64,000 bases of DNA, taken from the NCBI GenBank assembly GCA_024399115.1, contig JAKSHZ010000005.1, positions 1,853 through 65,852 on the forward strand, given 5' to 3'. The notes beneath the pieces were generated by a model. The model searched no databases. It saw nothing but the letters and a program-made list of their open reading frames with translations, and was not told the origin of the DNA. Origin of the DNA: Bacilli bacterium (lineage in GTDB: Bacteria; Bacillota_I; Bacilli_A; RFN20; CAG-826). A program made the translations under genes and the position numbers. The stretch's first letter is position 1. Each line of letters opens with the position of its first letter. This document shows positions 18,963 to 30,617 of this stretch, piece by piece.

Positions 18963-20193
18963 GTTTAACTCCCTTAACTAAGATTGCGTAATAGAAACAT
19001 GCGTCTCCATCACCGAAACCAAACTTTTGTTTTTCTTCTGCTAACGAGAAGTCTGGGTGTTCGTTTAAGAATGATTCAACCATAAGGTGACCTTCTTTTT
19101 GGCTAACTGTGTTGATGCAATAGACTAAGCTACCACCATCTTCAACAAAGTTGGCACCTTCATATAAAGCTGTCTTTTCTTCTTTGAGATATTCATCTAA
19201 TTTAGTTTGATCGATTTTTAAGAAATAATCAGGAGTGCTTCTGAGTAATGCAAATCTTGAGTTATTTGGCATTACATAAAGAGTGTGAACTTTCTTAGAA
19301 ACACATGTGATCATTGAAGTTGCACTTGCCTCATAAATTGAGACATTTTCCAAACCGTATTTTGCAACATTTTTCTTTGTGTCATATAAGACTTGGAATG
19401 TTGGTGAGAGTAAATCGAGTTTGATGTATTTACTTGTTTTACTCACTATGTCTAATAGGATATTGTTTTGATAGCCTTGATAAATTGCAATTCCTCTTAC
19501 TGCGTCGACATCGATATTTTTGTTCATATCGTTCATTGCGATTGAGTATCCGAAAAGCTTTTTAGTCTCAACAATTGGGTTTCCTCTGAGACTTCCACTA
19601 CCTACAAATTCATAGAAGTTTTCATCTTTCTTTTCGAAATCAGGGCCAGAAATATCTTCGTTATTTAATGTTTTAACAAATGTTCTTAGTGGAGAGTTAT
19701 TGTTCTTAAGAAGTTTATAAACTACGTTAAGTCCATAATGCTTGTTCCACATTTTGATAAGCCATAAAGGAGTATTATATCTATAAGATAAATACTCTAA
19801 TGAGTTTACATTGATGCCTTCTGGAAGTAATTGTGCACTTTCAGTGGTCTTGTTGAAAATAGTTTTATAGATGTCAAAATCTTCATCTGATAAAACTGTT
19901 AGAACGTATTTTTCAATTGTTTTGTTATCTAATTTTTTAATAAATAATGAGTTTGATAAGCTGACAAAAACGAATGCTGTGAGAGCTTCAGATGGGTTTT
20001 CACAGTATTTTTTAAGTCCGTTTTGGAATAAATAATAATGTCTAAGTGAACAGCCGACGATTGCAGTGATAAGGCTTCTATCTTTGGATTCAACATTTTT
20101 ATATTTCCACTCATTTTTAAGAGCGAGCGAAAAAGGTGTTCCAGCGAACACTACTTGTCTAAAAATGTTTGAAGCTAATTTAATTGTTTCCAC
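18955..20193 (-). CDS. RsmB/Sun-family (NusB-like N-terminus plus MTase-like fold) protein with degenerate catalytic motifs
   Basis: Sits at the rsmB position of the fmt-rsmB-rlmN-prpC-prkC block. C-terminal GGSLVYCINTVSQKEGHLMVESFLNEHPDF aligns to the RsmB GGxLVYSTCS...FL..HPDF region. No GGK SAM motif or DAPCSG motif is visible. GTG start with AAGGA SD. Confidence 0.6.
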   Translation of the reverse strand: METIKLASNIFRQVVFAGTPFSLALKNEWKYKNVESKDRSLITAIVGCSLRHYYLFQNGLKKYCENPSEALTAFVFVSLSNSLFIKKLDNKTIEKYVLTVLSDEDFDIYKTIFNKTTESAQLLPEGINVNSLEYLSYRYNTPLWLIKMWNKHYGLNVVYKLLKNNNSPLRTFVKTLNNEDISGPDFEKKDENFYEFVGSGSLRGNPIVETKKLFGYSIAMNDMNKNIDVDAVRGIAIYQGYQNNILLDIVSKTSKYIKLDLLSPTFQVLYDTKKNVAKYGLENVSIYEASATSMITCVSKKVHTLYVMPNNSRFALLRSTPDYFLKIDQTKLDEYLKEEKTALYEGANFVEDGGSLVYCINTVSQKEGHLMVESFLNEHPDFSLAEEKQKFGFGDGDACFYYAILVKGVKRD

Positions 20194-20684
20194 TAGTTGT
20201 CCTTTTTATCTACGATGCCTTCGAAAATATCTCCAGTGTAGATTTCTTCTTCATCTTCATGGTGATGATGACCATCGCAATCTTCATCGTCGCAATCATC
20301 ATCTTCGCCTTCGTACTCGTCATAATTTACAGTGTTTTCTTCTGTAATGTATCTTGGATAATCTTCGTTAACTTCTGTGTAACGGTTATCTTGAGAATAG
20401 TAATAGAATTCGAGAGACTTATGAATTGCTACATTTCCGATTGAAGCTAAAATGAAACGAGCAACATCATCTTGTAAAACACTAACCTTTAATGGAGCAT
20501 GAACATGAATGACGATATTCCAAGAAGTTTGTTCAACACCCTTATGGAAGACCATGTTTTCAGGTGCAACAAAATTGATTTCGTCTTCATCAACCTCATA
20601 AAGTTTAGCAAGAGATGGAGTCATTTCTGCTGATAAGCGACCAACTACAAATTGATCTAAGCCGTAAATTGTAACTGTAATCAT
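20193..20684 (-). CDS. hypothetical protein with a highly acidic Cys/His-rich C-terminal tail
   Basis: 163 aa. C-terminus reads YDEYEGEDDDCDDEDCDGHHHHEDEEE. GAGGAA SD 6 nt upstream of the ATG at 20684. Confidence 0.5.
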   Translation of the reverse strand: MITVTIYGLDQFVVGRLSAEMTPSLAKLYEVDEDEINFVAPENMVFHKGVEQTSWNIVIHVHAPLKVSVLQDDVARFILASIGNVAIHKSLEFYYYSQDNRYTEVNEDYPRYITEENTVNYDEYEGEDDDCDDEDCDGHHHHEDEEEIYTGDIFEGIVDKKDN

Positions 20685-20754
20685 ATTTATTCCTCGAAAA
20701 AATTATAATATATAAAGATACATTTTTATATAAAAATTGTATAAATATGCATTA

Positions 20755-20786
20755 GTAAAAGAAAAAGACCTTTCGGCCTTACTCTT
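20755..20786 (-). terminator. possible terminator overlapping the gmk 3' end
   Basis: AAGGCC-gaaa-GGTCTT hairpin (one G-U) followed by TTTTC TTTT on the minus strand. Confidence 0.35.
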
Positions 20787-21354
20787 CCATCTTCTTTTTG
20801 AGGATGTCTATAATCTTATTTCCAGCAGTTGCAACCCTATCGTTTACAATCACGTGATCATACATGCTTGCAACTTTCATTTCGTTTTCACCTTTAGCTA
20901 AACGCATCTTAATTACATCATCGGATTCAGATTTTCTTGCTCTAATTCTTTCTTCAAGTTTCTTAATTGAAGGTGGCATTAAGTAGAAAGTGACAACTCT
21001 ATCATCACCTTTGGTCTTCTCAATAACTTGAGTAGCACCATTAGTTTCGATTTCTAATAATACGTTTTTACCTTGGTTTCTTAATTCTTCAACTTTATCT
21101 TTTGGAGTTCCATAGAAGTTTCCAACAAACTCAGCGTATTCTAAGAATTTGTCTTCTTCGATTCTCTTTTGGAATTCTTCTCTACTTACAAAGTAATATT
21201 CAACTCCATCAGATTCGTTATCTCTAGGTGTTCTTGTTGTCATTGAAATAGAGAACTCGAAATCAATAACATTCTTTGCAGAAATGTATTTTCTAACAGT
21301 TCCTTTTCCAACACCTGAAGGTCCAGAGAGAATAATTAACAAACCCTTTTTCAT
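20779..21354 (-). CDS. gmk: guanylate kinase
   Basis: MKKGLLIILSGPSGVGKGTV P-loop; 191 aa. Confidence 0.9.
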   Translation of the reverse strand: MKKGLLIILSGPSGVGKGTVRKYISAKNVIDFEFSISMTTRTPRDNESDGVEYYFVSREEFQKRIEEDKFLEYAEFVGNFYGTPKDKVEELRNQGKNVLLEIETNGATQVIEKTKGDDRVVTFYLMPPSIKKLEERIRARKSESDDVIKMRLAKGENEMKVASMYDHVIVNDRVATAGNKIIDILKKKMEE

Positions 21355-21370
21355 AATGTAATTAGTTTAA

Positions 21371-21388
21371 CCCTATTTTGAAATAGGT
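21371..21388. promoter_or_regulatory. perfect inverted repeat CCTATTT-tg-AAATAGG between divergent gmk and rqcH
   Basis: 7-bp arms with a 2-nt spacer, inside the shared divergent promoter region. Confidence 0.25.
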
Positions 21389-21410
21389 CAAGTTTTGTTA
21401 TCATATTTTC

Positions 21411-22784
21411 ATGGAAAAAATTAACGCAATCGATTTTCAAGTAATAAATGAAGATTTAAAACAACTCATTGGAGCAAAAATAAATCAAACAACCGTCATC
21501 AATTCAAGATGTTTTTTGTTCTCTTTTTCTATGATTAGAAATGAGCAATTGTTTATTTCATTAGAACACCAAAGATCATATTTATGTATGATTCCGAAGG
21601 TCGATTCAATCTCTACAATTGTCTCAAAAACTAACGATATTTTAAGAAAATTCATTAGAGATTCTTATATCGTAAACGTTGAACAAATTAATAAAGACCG
21701 CATATTTAAATTTACCCTACAAAAATCTAACGAATTATTCGAAAAAGAGCGTTACGTTTTAATTATCGAATGCATTCCACAAAGACCAAATTTAATTATT
21801 ACAGACGAAAATAATGTTATTTTATATGCTTCTCATTACACTGGCTTAACAGCGCAAAGAAGCATAATTCAAAATTTTGAATATGTTTCTCCTGCTCCTA
21901 TCGAACCAATTTTAGCTGAGCCAAAAGACATTAAAACTATTAAATTAATGGGCGCCGAAGATTTCGAGAATGCAACTCACAAAAGAGCTCAAGAAAAGTA
22001 TGAACCGCTATTTAAACACATTAAGATACGAGTTAAGTCCCTTGAAAAGAAACTAAATGTCTTAACAAATTCAATTGAAGAAGCTAATCAAAAGAGAGTC
22101 TATGTTGATCACGGAAACATGGTTTTGACATTAGGGGATGACATTGAACAAATCAAAGAATATGTAAAAGAAAATAACATCAAGTTTGATGATTCCCTCT
22201 CTCCAGGAGAAAACGCAAATAATTATTTTAAGATTTATAAGAAGTCAAAACGTACCATTGAAATGAACAATATCGAAATCGAAAAATGTAAAAATGAGAT
22301 TTCATATTTAACCTATATTTTAAGTACATGCTCGTATATGGATGAATCTGAAATGTATGCTTTAGCTAATGAAATTTTGCCTCATAAGTACGTTCAAGAT
22401 AAAAAGCACATAAAGAGCGTCATGATTGGCTCCATTCAATATAAAGGAACTCAAATCTGTTTCGGTAAGAATTCCACTACTAATGATAAGTTAACATTCT
22501 CAGTCGCTAATAAAACTGATACATTCTTACACATCAAAGATTACCATGGTTCTCACATTATTATTAGAAGTCCTCAAGTGAATAACGACACACTCTTATT
22601 TGCTGCTGAATTAGCATTAATTTTAGCAAATAAAGAAACTGGAGAAATATACTACACTAGTGTTAAAGATGTTAAAAAAGGCGGGAAACCCGGCCTTGTT
22701 AACATGCTCTCATATAAGACAATCTTTGTTCAAAATATCAGAGACGAATCTAAATTATTAATTAAGAATTATAAGAATATCTAA
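21411..22784 (+). CDS. rqcH: RqcH/FbpA (NFACT) family ribosome quality-control protein, short form
   Basis: NFACT-N-like N-terminus and the NFACT-R hallmark HIKDYHGSHIIIRSP near the C-terminus. 457 aa. No SD before the ATG. Confidence 0.7.
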   Translation: MEKINAIDFQVINEDLKQLIGAKINQTTVINSRCFLFSFSMIRNEQLFISLEHQRSYLCMIPKVDSISTIVSKTNDILRKFIRDSYIVNVEQINKDRIFKFTLQKSNELFEKERYVLIIECIPQRPNLIITDENNVILYASHYTGLTAQRSIIQNFEYVSPAPIEPILAEPKDIKTIKLMGAEDFENATHKRAQEKYEPLFKHIKIRVKSLEKKLNVLTNSIEEANQKRVYVDHGNMVLTLGDDIEQIKEYVKENNIKFDDSLSPGENANNYFKIYKKSKRTIEMNNIEIEKCKNEISYLTYILSTCSYMDESEMYALANEILPHKYVQDKKHIKSVMIGSIQYKGTQICFGKNSTTNDKLTFSVANKTDTFLHIKDYHGSHIIIRSPQVNNDTLLFAAELALILANKETGEIYYTSVKDVKKGGKPGLVNMLSYKTIFVQNIRDESKLLIKNYKNI

Positions 22785-23306
22785 TTATTCTTTCACTTCA
22801 TTAAATAAGAAGTCTTCACCTTTAATTTCTTCCTGAGTCGAAAGATTTGGGAATTTTTGTTGTCTTAAAACTTCGTATGCAACGATAGCTACGCAGTTAG
22901 AAAGATTAAGACTTCTAGCTTCTGGAACCATAGGGATTCTAAGGAGCTTTTCTTCGTTGTCCCTCAATATATCATGAGGTATTCCAGTTGATTCACGTCC
23001 AAACATTAAGAAAATATCGTTAAGTTGATCAGTGAAATCAAACTCTGAATATGTCTTTTTTGAGTATCTAGTTACGTAATAAATATTCTTATTTCCGTAC
23101 TTTGCTTTAAAGTCTTCGTATGTAGGGAAATAGTCATATTTAAGATCGTCAATATAGTCCATGCCTACTCTTCTTAAATCTTTTGAATCAATAGAAAAAG
23201 TAAGAGGTCCGATAATGTGAAGAGTTGCATGAATTGCAACACAAGTTCTCATTATGTTTCCAGTATTTTGTGGTTTCTCTGGTCTATATAAAACGATATG
23301 AATCAT
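22785..23306 (-). CDS. trmL: SpoU/TrmL-family tRNA 2'-O-methyltransferase
   Basis: 173 aa; MIHIVLYRPEKPQNTGNIMRTC SPOUT N-terminus. Confidence 0.75.
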   Translation of the reverse strand: MIHIVLYRPEKPQNTGNIMRTCVAIHATLHIIGPLTFSIDSKDLRRVGMDYIDDLKYDYFPTYEDFKAKYGNKNIYYVTRYSKKTYSEFDFTDQLNDIFLMFGRESTGIPHDILRDNEEKLLRIPMVPEARSLNLSNCVAIVAYEVLRQQKFPNLSTQEEIKGEDFLFNEVKE

Positions 23307-23307
23307 A

Positions 23308-23702
23308 TTATGAATTGTAGACGTCGATTCTAGTTAATGCTCTTTTAAGAGCACGTGTAGCTCTTGCTACATCGATATTGTCTTTATTTGCTAAGCGTTG
23401 TTCTGCTCTAGTTTTAGCTTCGTTAGCTCTATTAATATCGATGTCATTTTTACCTTCAATTGAGTTAAGGAGTAATGTTGTTTTTCCCTTCTCAACTCTA
23501 ATTATCCCCCCACCTATAGCGAAAACAGTCTCTTTTCCACCATCTTTCATAGTCATTTTTGAAATGGCTAAAGATGATACTAATGGAGAGTGATTAGGCA
23601 AAATTTCCATGTAAAAATCATCACTGTGAACTTTGATTGCGTCAACTTCGCCAGCGTAATATTTACCAAATGGAGTGAGGATTTCTAAATTTAACTTTTT
23701 CA

Positions 23703-23703
<1 letters not shown>
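23308..23703 (-). CDS. atpC: F1 ATP synthase epsilon subunit
   Basis: 131 aa, last gene of the atp operon. Confidence 0.9.
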
Positions 23704-25948
<2,245 letters not shown>

Positions 25949-25950
25949 AA

Positions 25951-27453
25951 CTATAAGCTCTTAAAGTAATCCTTTACTGCGTCTAAAAGTTTATTAGAAG
26001 TTTCGTCATCTAATACTTTTGTATTTAAGATAGTTTCAAAGATTTCTGGGTTAACGTTATTAACAAATTTATAACCTTCGTCTAATACTTCTCTAATCTT
26101 TGAAGTAGCGACGTCATCTAAGAACTTGTTCTTAGCGACGAATAAATCAAATACTTGCTTATCTAATTGATAAGGTGAGTATTGAGCTTGTTTTAAAACT
26201 GACATTAAAGCTTCACCATGTTTTAAGATTGAAACCGTTGAAGCATCAAGGTCACTACCGAATTGTGAGAAAGATTTCATTTCCATGAAGTTAGCTAAGT
26301 CAATCTTTAAAGATGCAGCAACTTTCTTCATAGCTTTAGTTTGAGCAGCACCACCAACACGGCTAACTGATAAACCTGAATCGATAGCAGGTCTTTGGCC
26401 AGCGTTGAATGCGTCAGTAGTTAAGAAGATTTGTCCATCAGTGATTGAGATGACATTAGTAGGGATATATGCTGAGATATCGCCTGCTTGAGTCTCAACG
26501 ATTGGAAGTGCAGTAATTGAACCTCCACCATATTCAGGAGCTAACTTACATGCTCTTTCAAGGAGTCTGCTATGTAAATAGAAGACATCACCAGGGAACG
26601 CTTCACGTCCTGGGCTTCTCTTTAAGAGAAGTGAAAGAGTACGATATGCGACAGCGTGCTTACTCAAATCATCATATACGATAAGGACGTCTTTGCCCTT
26701 AGACATGAATTCTTCAGCAATAGCTACACCAGCATAAGGTGCGATATATAACATAGGTGCTTCTTCAGAAGCTGTTGCAGCGAGGACAACTGTATAATCT
26801 AATGCGCCAAAAGTATTCAATTTGTCGACGATTTGAGCGACTGTTGAATTCTTTTGTCCGATTGCAACATAAATACAGATAACATCTTTACCTTTTTGGT
26901 TGATGATTGTATCAATTGCGATTGCAGTTTTTCCTGTTTGTCTATCACCAATAATTAATTCTCTTTGTCCACGACCGATTGGAGTAATTGCGTCGATCAT
27001 TGTAATACCAGTTGCTAATGAAGTATCGACTGATTTTCTTGTCATAACGCCAGGCGCAATAACTTCGATTGGACGGAATGCTTCAGTTTTGATATCTCCC
27101 TTTCCATCGATTGGTTGACCTAATGCGTTGATAACTCTACCAAGCATACCTTCACCAGCTGGAACTTTCATGACTTCACCAGTTGATTTAACGACGTCGC
27201 CTTCCTTAATTAAAGAAGCGTCACCAAGTAAAACAGCACCGACAGAATCATTGTCAAGGTTCATTGCCATACCAAAAATTCCATTTGGGAACTCTAATAA
27301 TTCTCCTAACATTGCCTTATCAAGACCATAAACAGTAGCAATACCATCTCCAACTGAGACAACACTACCAACGTTAGAAGAATCAACTTTGTGACGGTAG
27401 TTTTTAATCTGCTCTTTAATGAGAGCACTGATTTCATTTGCGTTTATCTTCAT
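25951..27453 (-). CDS. atpA: F1 ATP synthase alpha subunit
   Basis: GDRQTGKT Walker A; 500 aa. Confidence 0.97.
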   Translation of the reverse strand: MKINANEISALIKEQIKNYRHKVDSSNVGSVVSVGDGIATVYGLDKAMLGELLEFPNGIFGMAMNLDNDSVGAVLLGDASLIKEGDVVKSTGEVMKVPAGEGMLGRVINALGQPIDGKGDIKTEAFRPIEVIAPGVMTRKSVDTSLATGITMIDAITPIGRGQRELIIGDRQTGKTAIAIDTIINQKGKDVICIYVAIGQKNSTVAQIVDKLNTFGALDYTVVLAATASEEAPMLYIAPYAGVAIAEEFMSKGKDVLIVYDDLSKHAVAYRTLSLLLKRSPGREAFPGDVFYLHSRLLERACKLAPEYGGGSITALPIVETQAGDISAYIPTNVISITDGQIFLTTDAFNAGQRPAIDSGLSVSRVGGAAQTKAMKKVAASLKIDLANFMEMKSFSQFGSDLDASTVSILKHGEALMSVLKQAQYSPYQLDKQVFDLFVAKNKFLDDVATSKIREVLDEGYKFVNNVNPEIFETILNTKVLDDETSNKLLDAVKDYFKSL

Positions 27454-27467
27454 AAACTTTCCTCCTT

Positions 27468-27992
27468 TTAAGAAAGACTTTGTTTCATTTCTGAAAGTTT
27501 GTTCTTAACACTTCCATCATAGATGTGGTTATTAATAACAACTTTTACTCCACCAATAAGTGATGGATCAATTTTAAATATAAGTGATATTTTTCTATTT
27601 TCTTTTTTGCCAATTGCGTTTTCTATGTCAGCGATTGTTTTCTTATCAAGATCAAACGCACTATAAAGAATACCTTCTGTAATACCTTTGTAAGAATTAC
27701 ACATTGAATTAAATGAGACTAGAACATCCTTAAGAATGTTAACTCTATGATTTTCTACTATTATCTTTAATAAAGATATAATATCAATCTCAATTCCAAC
27801 GAATGTCTTATCGATAATCTCATGGATTTCTTTTACGCTTAAGAACTTGCTAGAAAGCACATCGAAAAATTCCTCATTCTCTTCTAAAGAACTAAGGACA
27901 AATCGACATTGTTCCTGATAAAGATCTAATTGGTTATTCTCAAGAGCAAGTTCGTATAATGCAGAAGCGTATTTACTTGCAATCTCGTTCAT
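27468..27992 (-). CDS. atpH: F1 ATP synthase delta subunit
   Basis: 174 aa; operon position between atpF and atpA. Confidence 0.8.
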   Translation of the reverse strand: MNEIASKYASALYELALENNQLDLYQEQCRFVLSSLEENEEFFDVLSSKFLSVKEIHEIIDKTFVGIEIDIISLLKIIVENHRVNILKDVLVSFNSMCNSYKGITEGILYSAFDLDKKTIADIENAIGKKENRKISLIFKIDPSLIGGVKVVINNHIYDGSVKNKLSEMKQSLS

Positions 27993-27994
27993 AA

Positions 27995-28534
27995 TTATTT
28001 ATCCAAATTATCAATAAAATTGCGAGCAAGCTTTTCATTATCAGTCTTGCTAACTTCTCTTCCCAAGATTTCTTCAGACGCACATAAAGCAACATCCACC
28101 ATTTCATCATGAATGTCTTTAAGTGATTGTTGTTTTGCGTCTTCGATTTCTTTTTCGGCAGCTTTCTTCATTCTAGAAATCTCTAAACGAGTTTCTTCTT
28201 TGATGTCATCAGCTTCTTTTTGAGCACGAACATTAGCAGCTTCTACGATTTCGCTTGCGGTCTTCTTAGAATCTGTAATGATTTGTTCACTCTTGATAGC
28301 GTTTTCTTTTGCAATTTTGCTATTTTCTTCAGCGTCTTTAACTTCTTTTTCGATATATTCAGCGCGTTTATCTAAGATACCCTTAACTGGTTTATAAGCG
28401 AAAACGAAAATAATGATAACTAAGACTATTAAAGAAACTAATTGAACAAGAAAAGCAAACCAGTTTGGAATCAATTTTTCTCCAATACCAGAAATTTCAT
28501 CTGCTAAATTAAAAAATACATAAAAGTTTGGCAT
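27995..28534 (-). CDS. atpF: Fo ATP synthase subunit b
   Basis: 179 aa; N-terminal TM then a charged coiled-coil. Confidence 0.85.
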   Translation of the reverse strand: MPNFYVFFNLADEISGIGEKLIPNWFAFLVQLVSLIVLVIIIFVFAYKPVKGILDKRAEYIEKEVKDAEENSKIAKENAIKSEQIITDSKKTASEIVEAANVRAQKEADDIKEETRLEISRMKKAAEKEIEDAKQQSLKDIHDEMVDVALCASEEILGREVSKTDNEKLARNFIDNLDK

Positions 28535-28546
28535 TAAATTCTCCTA

Positions 28547-28762
28547 TTAACCAAGGAATAAACAAAGAATAGAAATAAGCAATGAATAGATAGCAGTAGT
28601 TTCAACTAATGCACAGCCTAAGATCATTGATGAACGGATTGTACCAACAGCATCTGGGTTTCTTGAAATACCTTCGATAGCTTTTGCACAGACCATACCT
28701 TCACCAAGGGCACTTGGCATAACACCTAAGATTGCGATAGCAGCAGCGATAGCGTTTCCCAT
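28547..28762 (-). CDS. atpE: Fo ATP synthase subunit c
   Basis: Start re-picked to the ATG at 28762 (MGNAIAAAIAILG...), with AAGGAG upstream. Hairpin-like hydrophobic protein with the conserved carboxylate (VETTAIY). Confidence 0.85.
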   Translation of the reverse strand: MGNAIAAAIAILGVMPSALGEGMVCAKAIEGISRNPDAVGTIRSSMILGCALVETTAIYSLLISILCLFLG

Positions 28763-28763
28763 A

Positions 28764-29537
28764 TTATATAACGTCTCCTTTCTCTGAAATTTTAACATCA
28801 ATCTCTTCAGGCAATTCTTGTCCGATAAAGATTGTTGATAACGAAATAAATACTACTGTCTGGATAAAACCAGAGAATAGATCAAAATATGCGTGGAATG
28901 GCGCAGTAATGATTGGATTTAAGATTATAGAGCCAACATTCCAGCCTCCAACGCTTCCCATAAATGGAATAATGATTCCTGCTAAAGAATCAATTCCCCA
29001 CGAAATAATAGTCATTAAAACGAAGCCTGCGATTGCATTACCAAACATACGTAAAGTAAGGGAAAGCAAAGGAGCCCACATAGAAATTAAGTTAATTGGT
29101 AAGAATATTGGAATTGGATCAACATATCTTTTGAAATATTTGAGTCCGGTATATTTAGCACTTGTTTCGTGAATCAAAACGAATGTAATTAAACCAAGAG
29201 ATAATGGAACTGCCATGTATGTCATTGGTGAAGGAAGTCCACATAAGCTAAATATAAAAGATATAAAGACATATGTAGCGATTCCCATTACGAAACCACC
29301 CATCCATTTAATTCTTGTACCGATAAGTCCTTCTACGAACTTGTCAAAGAATTGAACGCCTATGATTGCGATTAAAAGTAAGCCTTTTGGTTTTTTAAGA
29401 GGGTCTTGATGCTTTGCTTGGATGCCAATAATGATTGCTAAAATAGCAATAATTAACATAACAATTAAAGAAGACCAGACTTCACCTGGAATTGTTGGAG
29501 TTAAAAATAATTGTCCTAAATCAATTGCGCTTACCAT
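28764..29537 (-). CDS. atpB: Fo ATP synthase subunit a
   Basis: Polytopic membrane protein. Start re-picked to the ATG at 29537, which has GGAGA SD. The track start at 29564 is a TTG. Confidence 0.85.
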   Translation of the reverse strand: MVSAIDLGQLFLTPTIPGEVWSSLIVMLIIAILAIIIGIQAKHQDPLKKPKGLLLIAIIGVQFFDKFVEGLIGTRIKWMGGFVMGIATYVFISFIFSLCGLPSPMTYMAVPLSLGLITFVLIHETSAKYTGLKYFKRYVDPIPIFLPINLISMWAPLLSLTLRMFGNAIAGFVLMTIISWGIDSLAGIIIPFMGSVGGWNVGSIILNPIITAPFHAYFDLFSGFIQTVVFISLSTIFIGQELPEEIDVKISEKGDVI

Positions 29538-29931
29538 TTTTCTCTCCAAAATAGAATAATCCAAATACGATAGAAGTGAAGAAATATGCGCCTAAAAATC
29601 CATATGGATTAAATAAAACAATTTCAGTTTTGAGTTGAACGAATACTTCAATAGCGATGAAAACAAGCAAAAGAGCTAATCTAACGAACATAACTGCGGT
29701 AGTAAATTTAGCTTTTGCGTTATTATCGATGTTCATCGTTTCGATTTTTCCTAAAGCAAAATAAGAGAAAGCACTAAAAGCGCTGCCTAAGAAAATGCCT
29801 AAAGGAATAAATAATGAAAGAAGATCGAAAATTCCTAAAATAACTAAAACGAGCGAAACTAAAATACCTGCACCGAAAGATACAAGGAATGTTTTTGTGT
29901 ATAAAGTTGAATTTTCGAATAACTTTTTCAT
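29521..29931 (-). CDS. atpI: small membrane protein, ATP synthase protein I-like
   Basis: 136-aa, 4-TM protein immediately upstream of and overlapping atpB. Confidence 0.5.
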   Translation of the reverse strand: MKKLFENSTLYTKTFLVSFGAGILVSLVLVILGIFDLLSLFIPLGIFLGSAFSAFSYFALGKIETMNIDNNAKAKFTTAVMFVRLALLLVFIAIEVFVQLKTEIVLFNPYGFLGAYFFTSIVFGLFYFGEKNGKRN

Positions 29932-29994
29932 AGAAAAATCTTGTTAGTCCTGATGTATTATAGACTATTTTAATATATTAAAAAAGAAGATTTA

Positions 29995-30516
29995 TTATTT
30001 TATGATAATGTGCAAATGACGGAGTACATCAAATGACTTTTCTTGCATAGCTAAATCATATGAAGATGTAGCGTCTTTACAGACAATAATTTCAGTTTTT
30101 ATGCTAGCTGCACTCTTTGCGATAATAGCGTTACTGAAAACGCAAATATCACTTTCTAAACCGCACAAATAAATCTCGTCATAATTCTTTGATCTGATGT
30201 AATTTCCGAGTTCTAATGAACCAAATGCAGGTTTATCAAATGTAGGATAATCTTTTAAGTATGGTTTTACCTTCTTGCTAAGGTCATAACCTTCTGTTCC
30301 CTTTATGCAGTGAATGACTGGTAAATTCTTACCTTCGACAGTGCTCATATAGTCTTCTCCATGAGTGTCAAAAGTAAAAACAATATCGTCTCCACTAGCT
30401 TCGAATTCTTTAATTAAATTAACGATGTTATCTTCAATAGCGTCGGCACCTTCGAATCCTAAAGAGCCACTAATGAAGTCGTTTTGGTAATCTACAACAA
30501 CTAATAATCTTTTCAT
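29995..30516 (-). CDS. pncA: isochorismatase-family hydrolase, nicotinamidase (PncA)-like
   Basis: 173 aa. VVVDYQNDF at the N-terminus, a central K, and CGLESDICV, giving an apparent Asp-Lys-Cys triad. Confidence 0.65.
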   Translation of the reverse strand: MKRLLVVVDYQNDFISGSLGFEGADAIEDNIVNLIKEFEASGDDIVFTFDTHGEDYMSTVEGKNLPVIHCIKGTEGYDLSKKVKPYLKDYPTFDKPAFGSLELGNYIRSKNYDEIYLCGLESDICVFSNAIIAKSAASIKTEIIVCKDATSSYDLAMQEKSFDVLRHLHIIIK

Positions 30517-30617
30517 AGAAATGATTATAGCATCTATCTCATTAAAGTAAAAACATTTGCGTATGTACGCGCAATATAATAAAATGAAATCGTAACTTGT
30601 ACATAGGAGGTAAGATT

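Noticed and set aside
18955-20193. Calling the RsmB-like gene a pseudogene
   Set aside because: The reading frame is intact (412 aa) with an SD, so a pseudoenzyme is more likely than a decaying gene.
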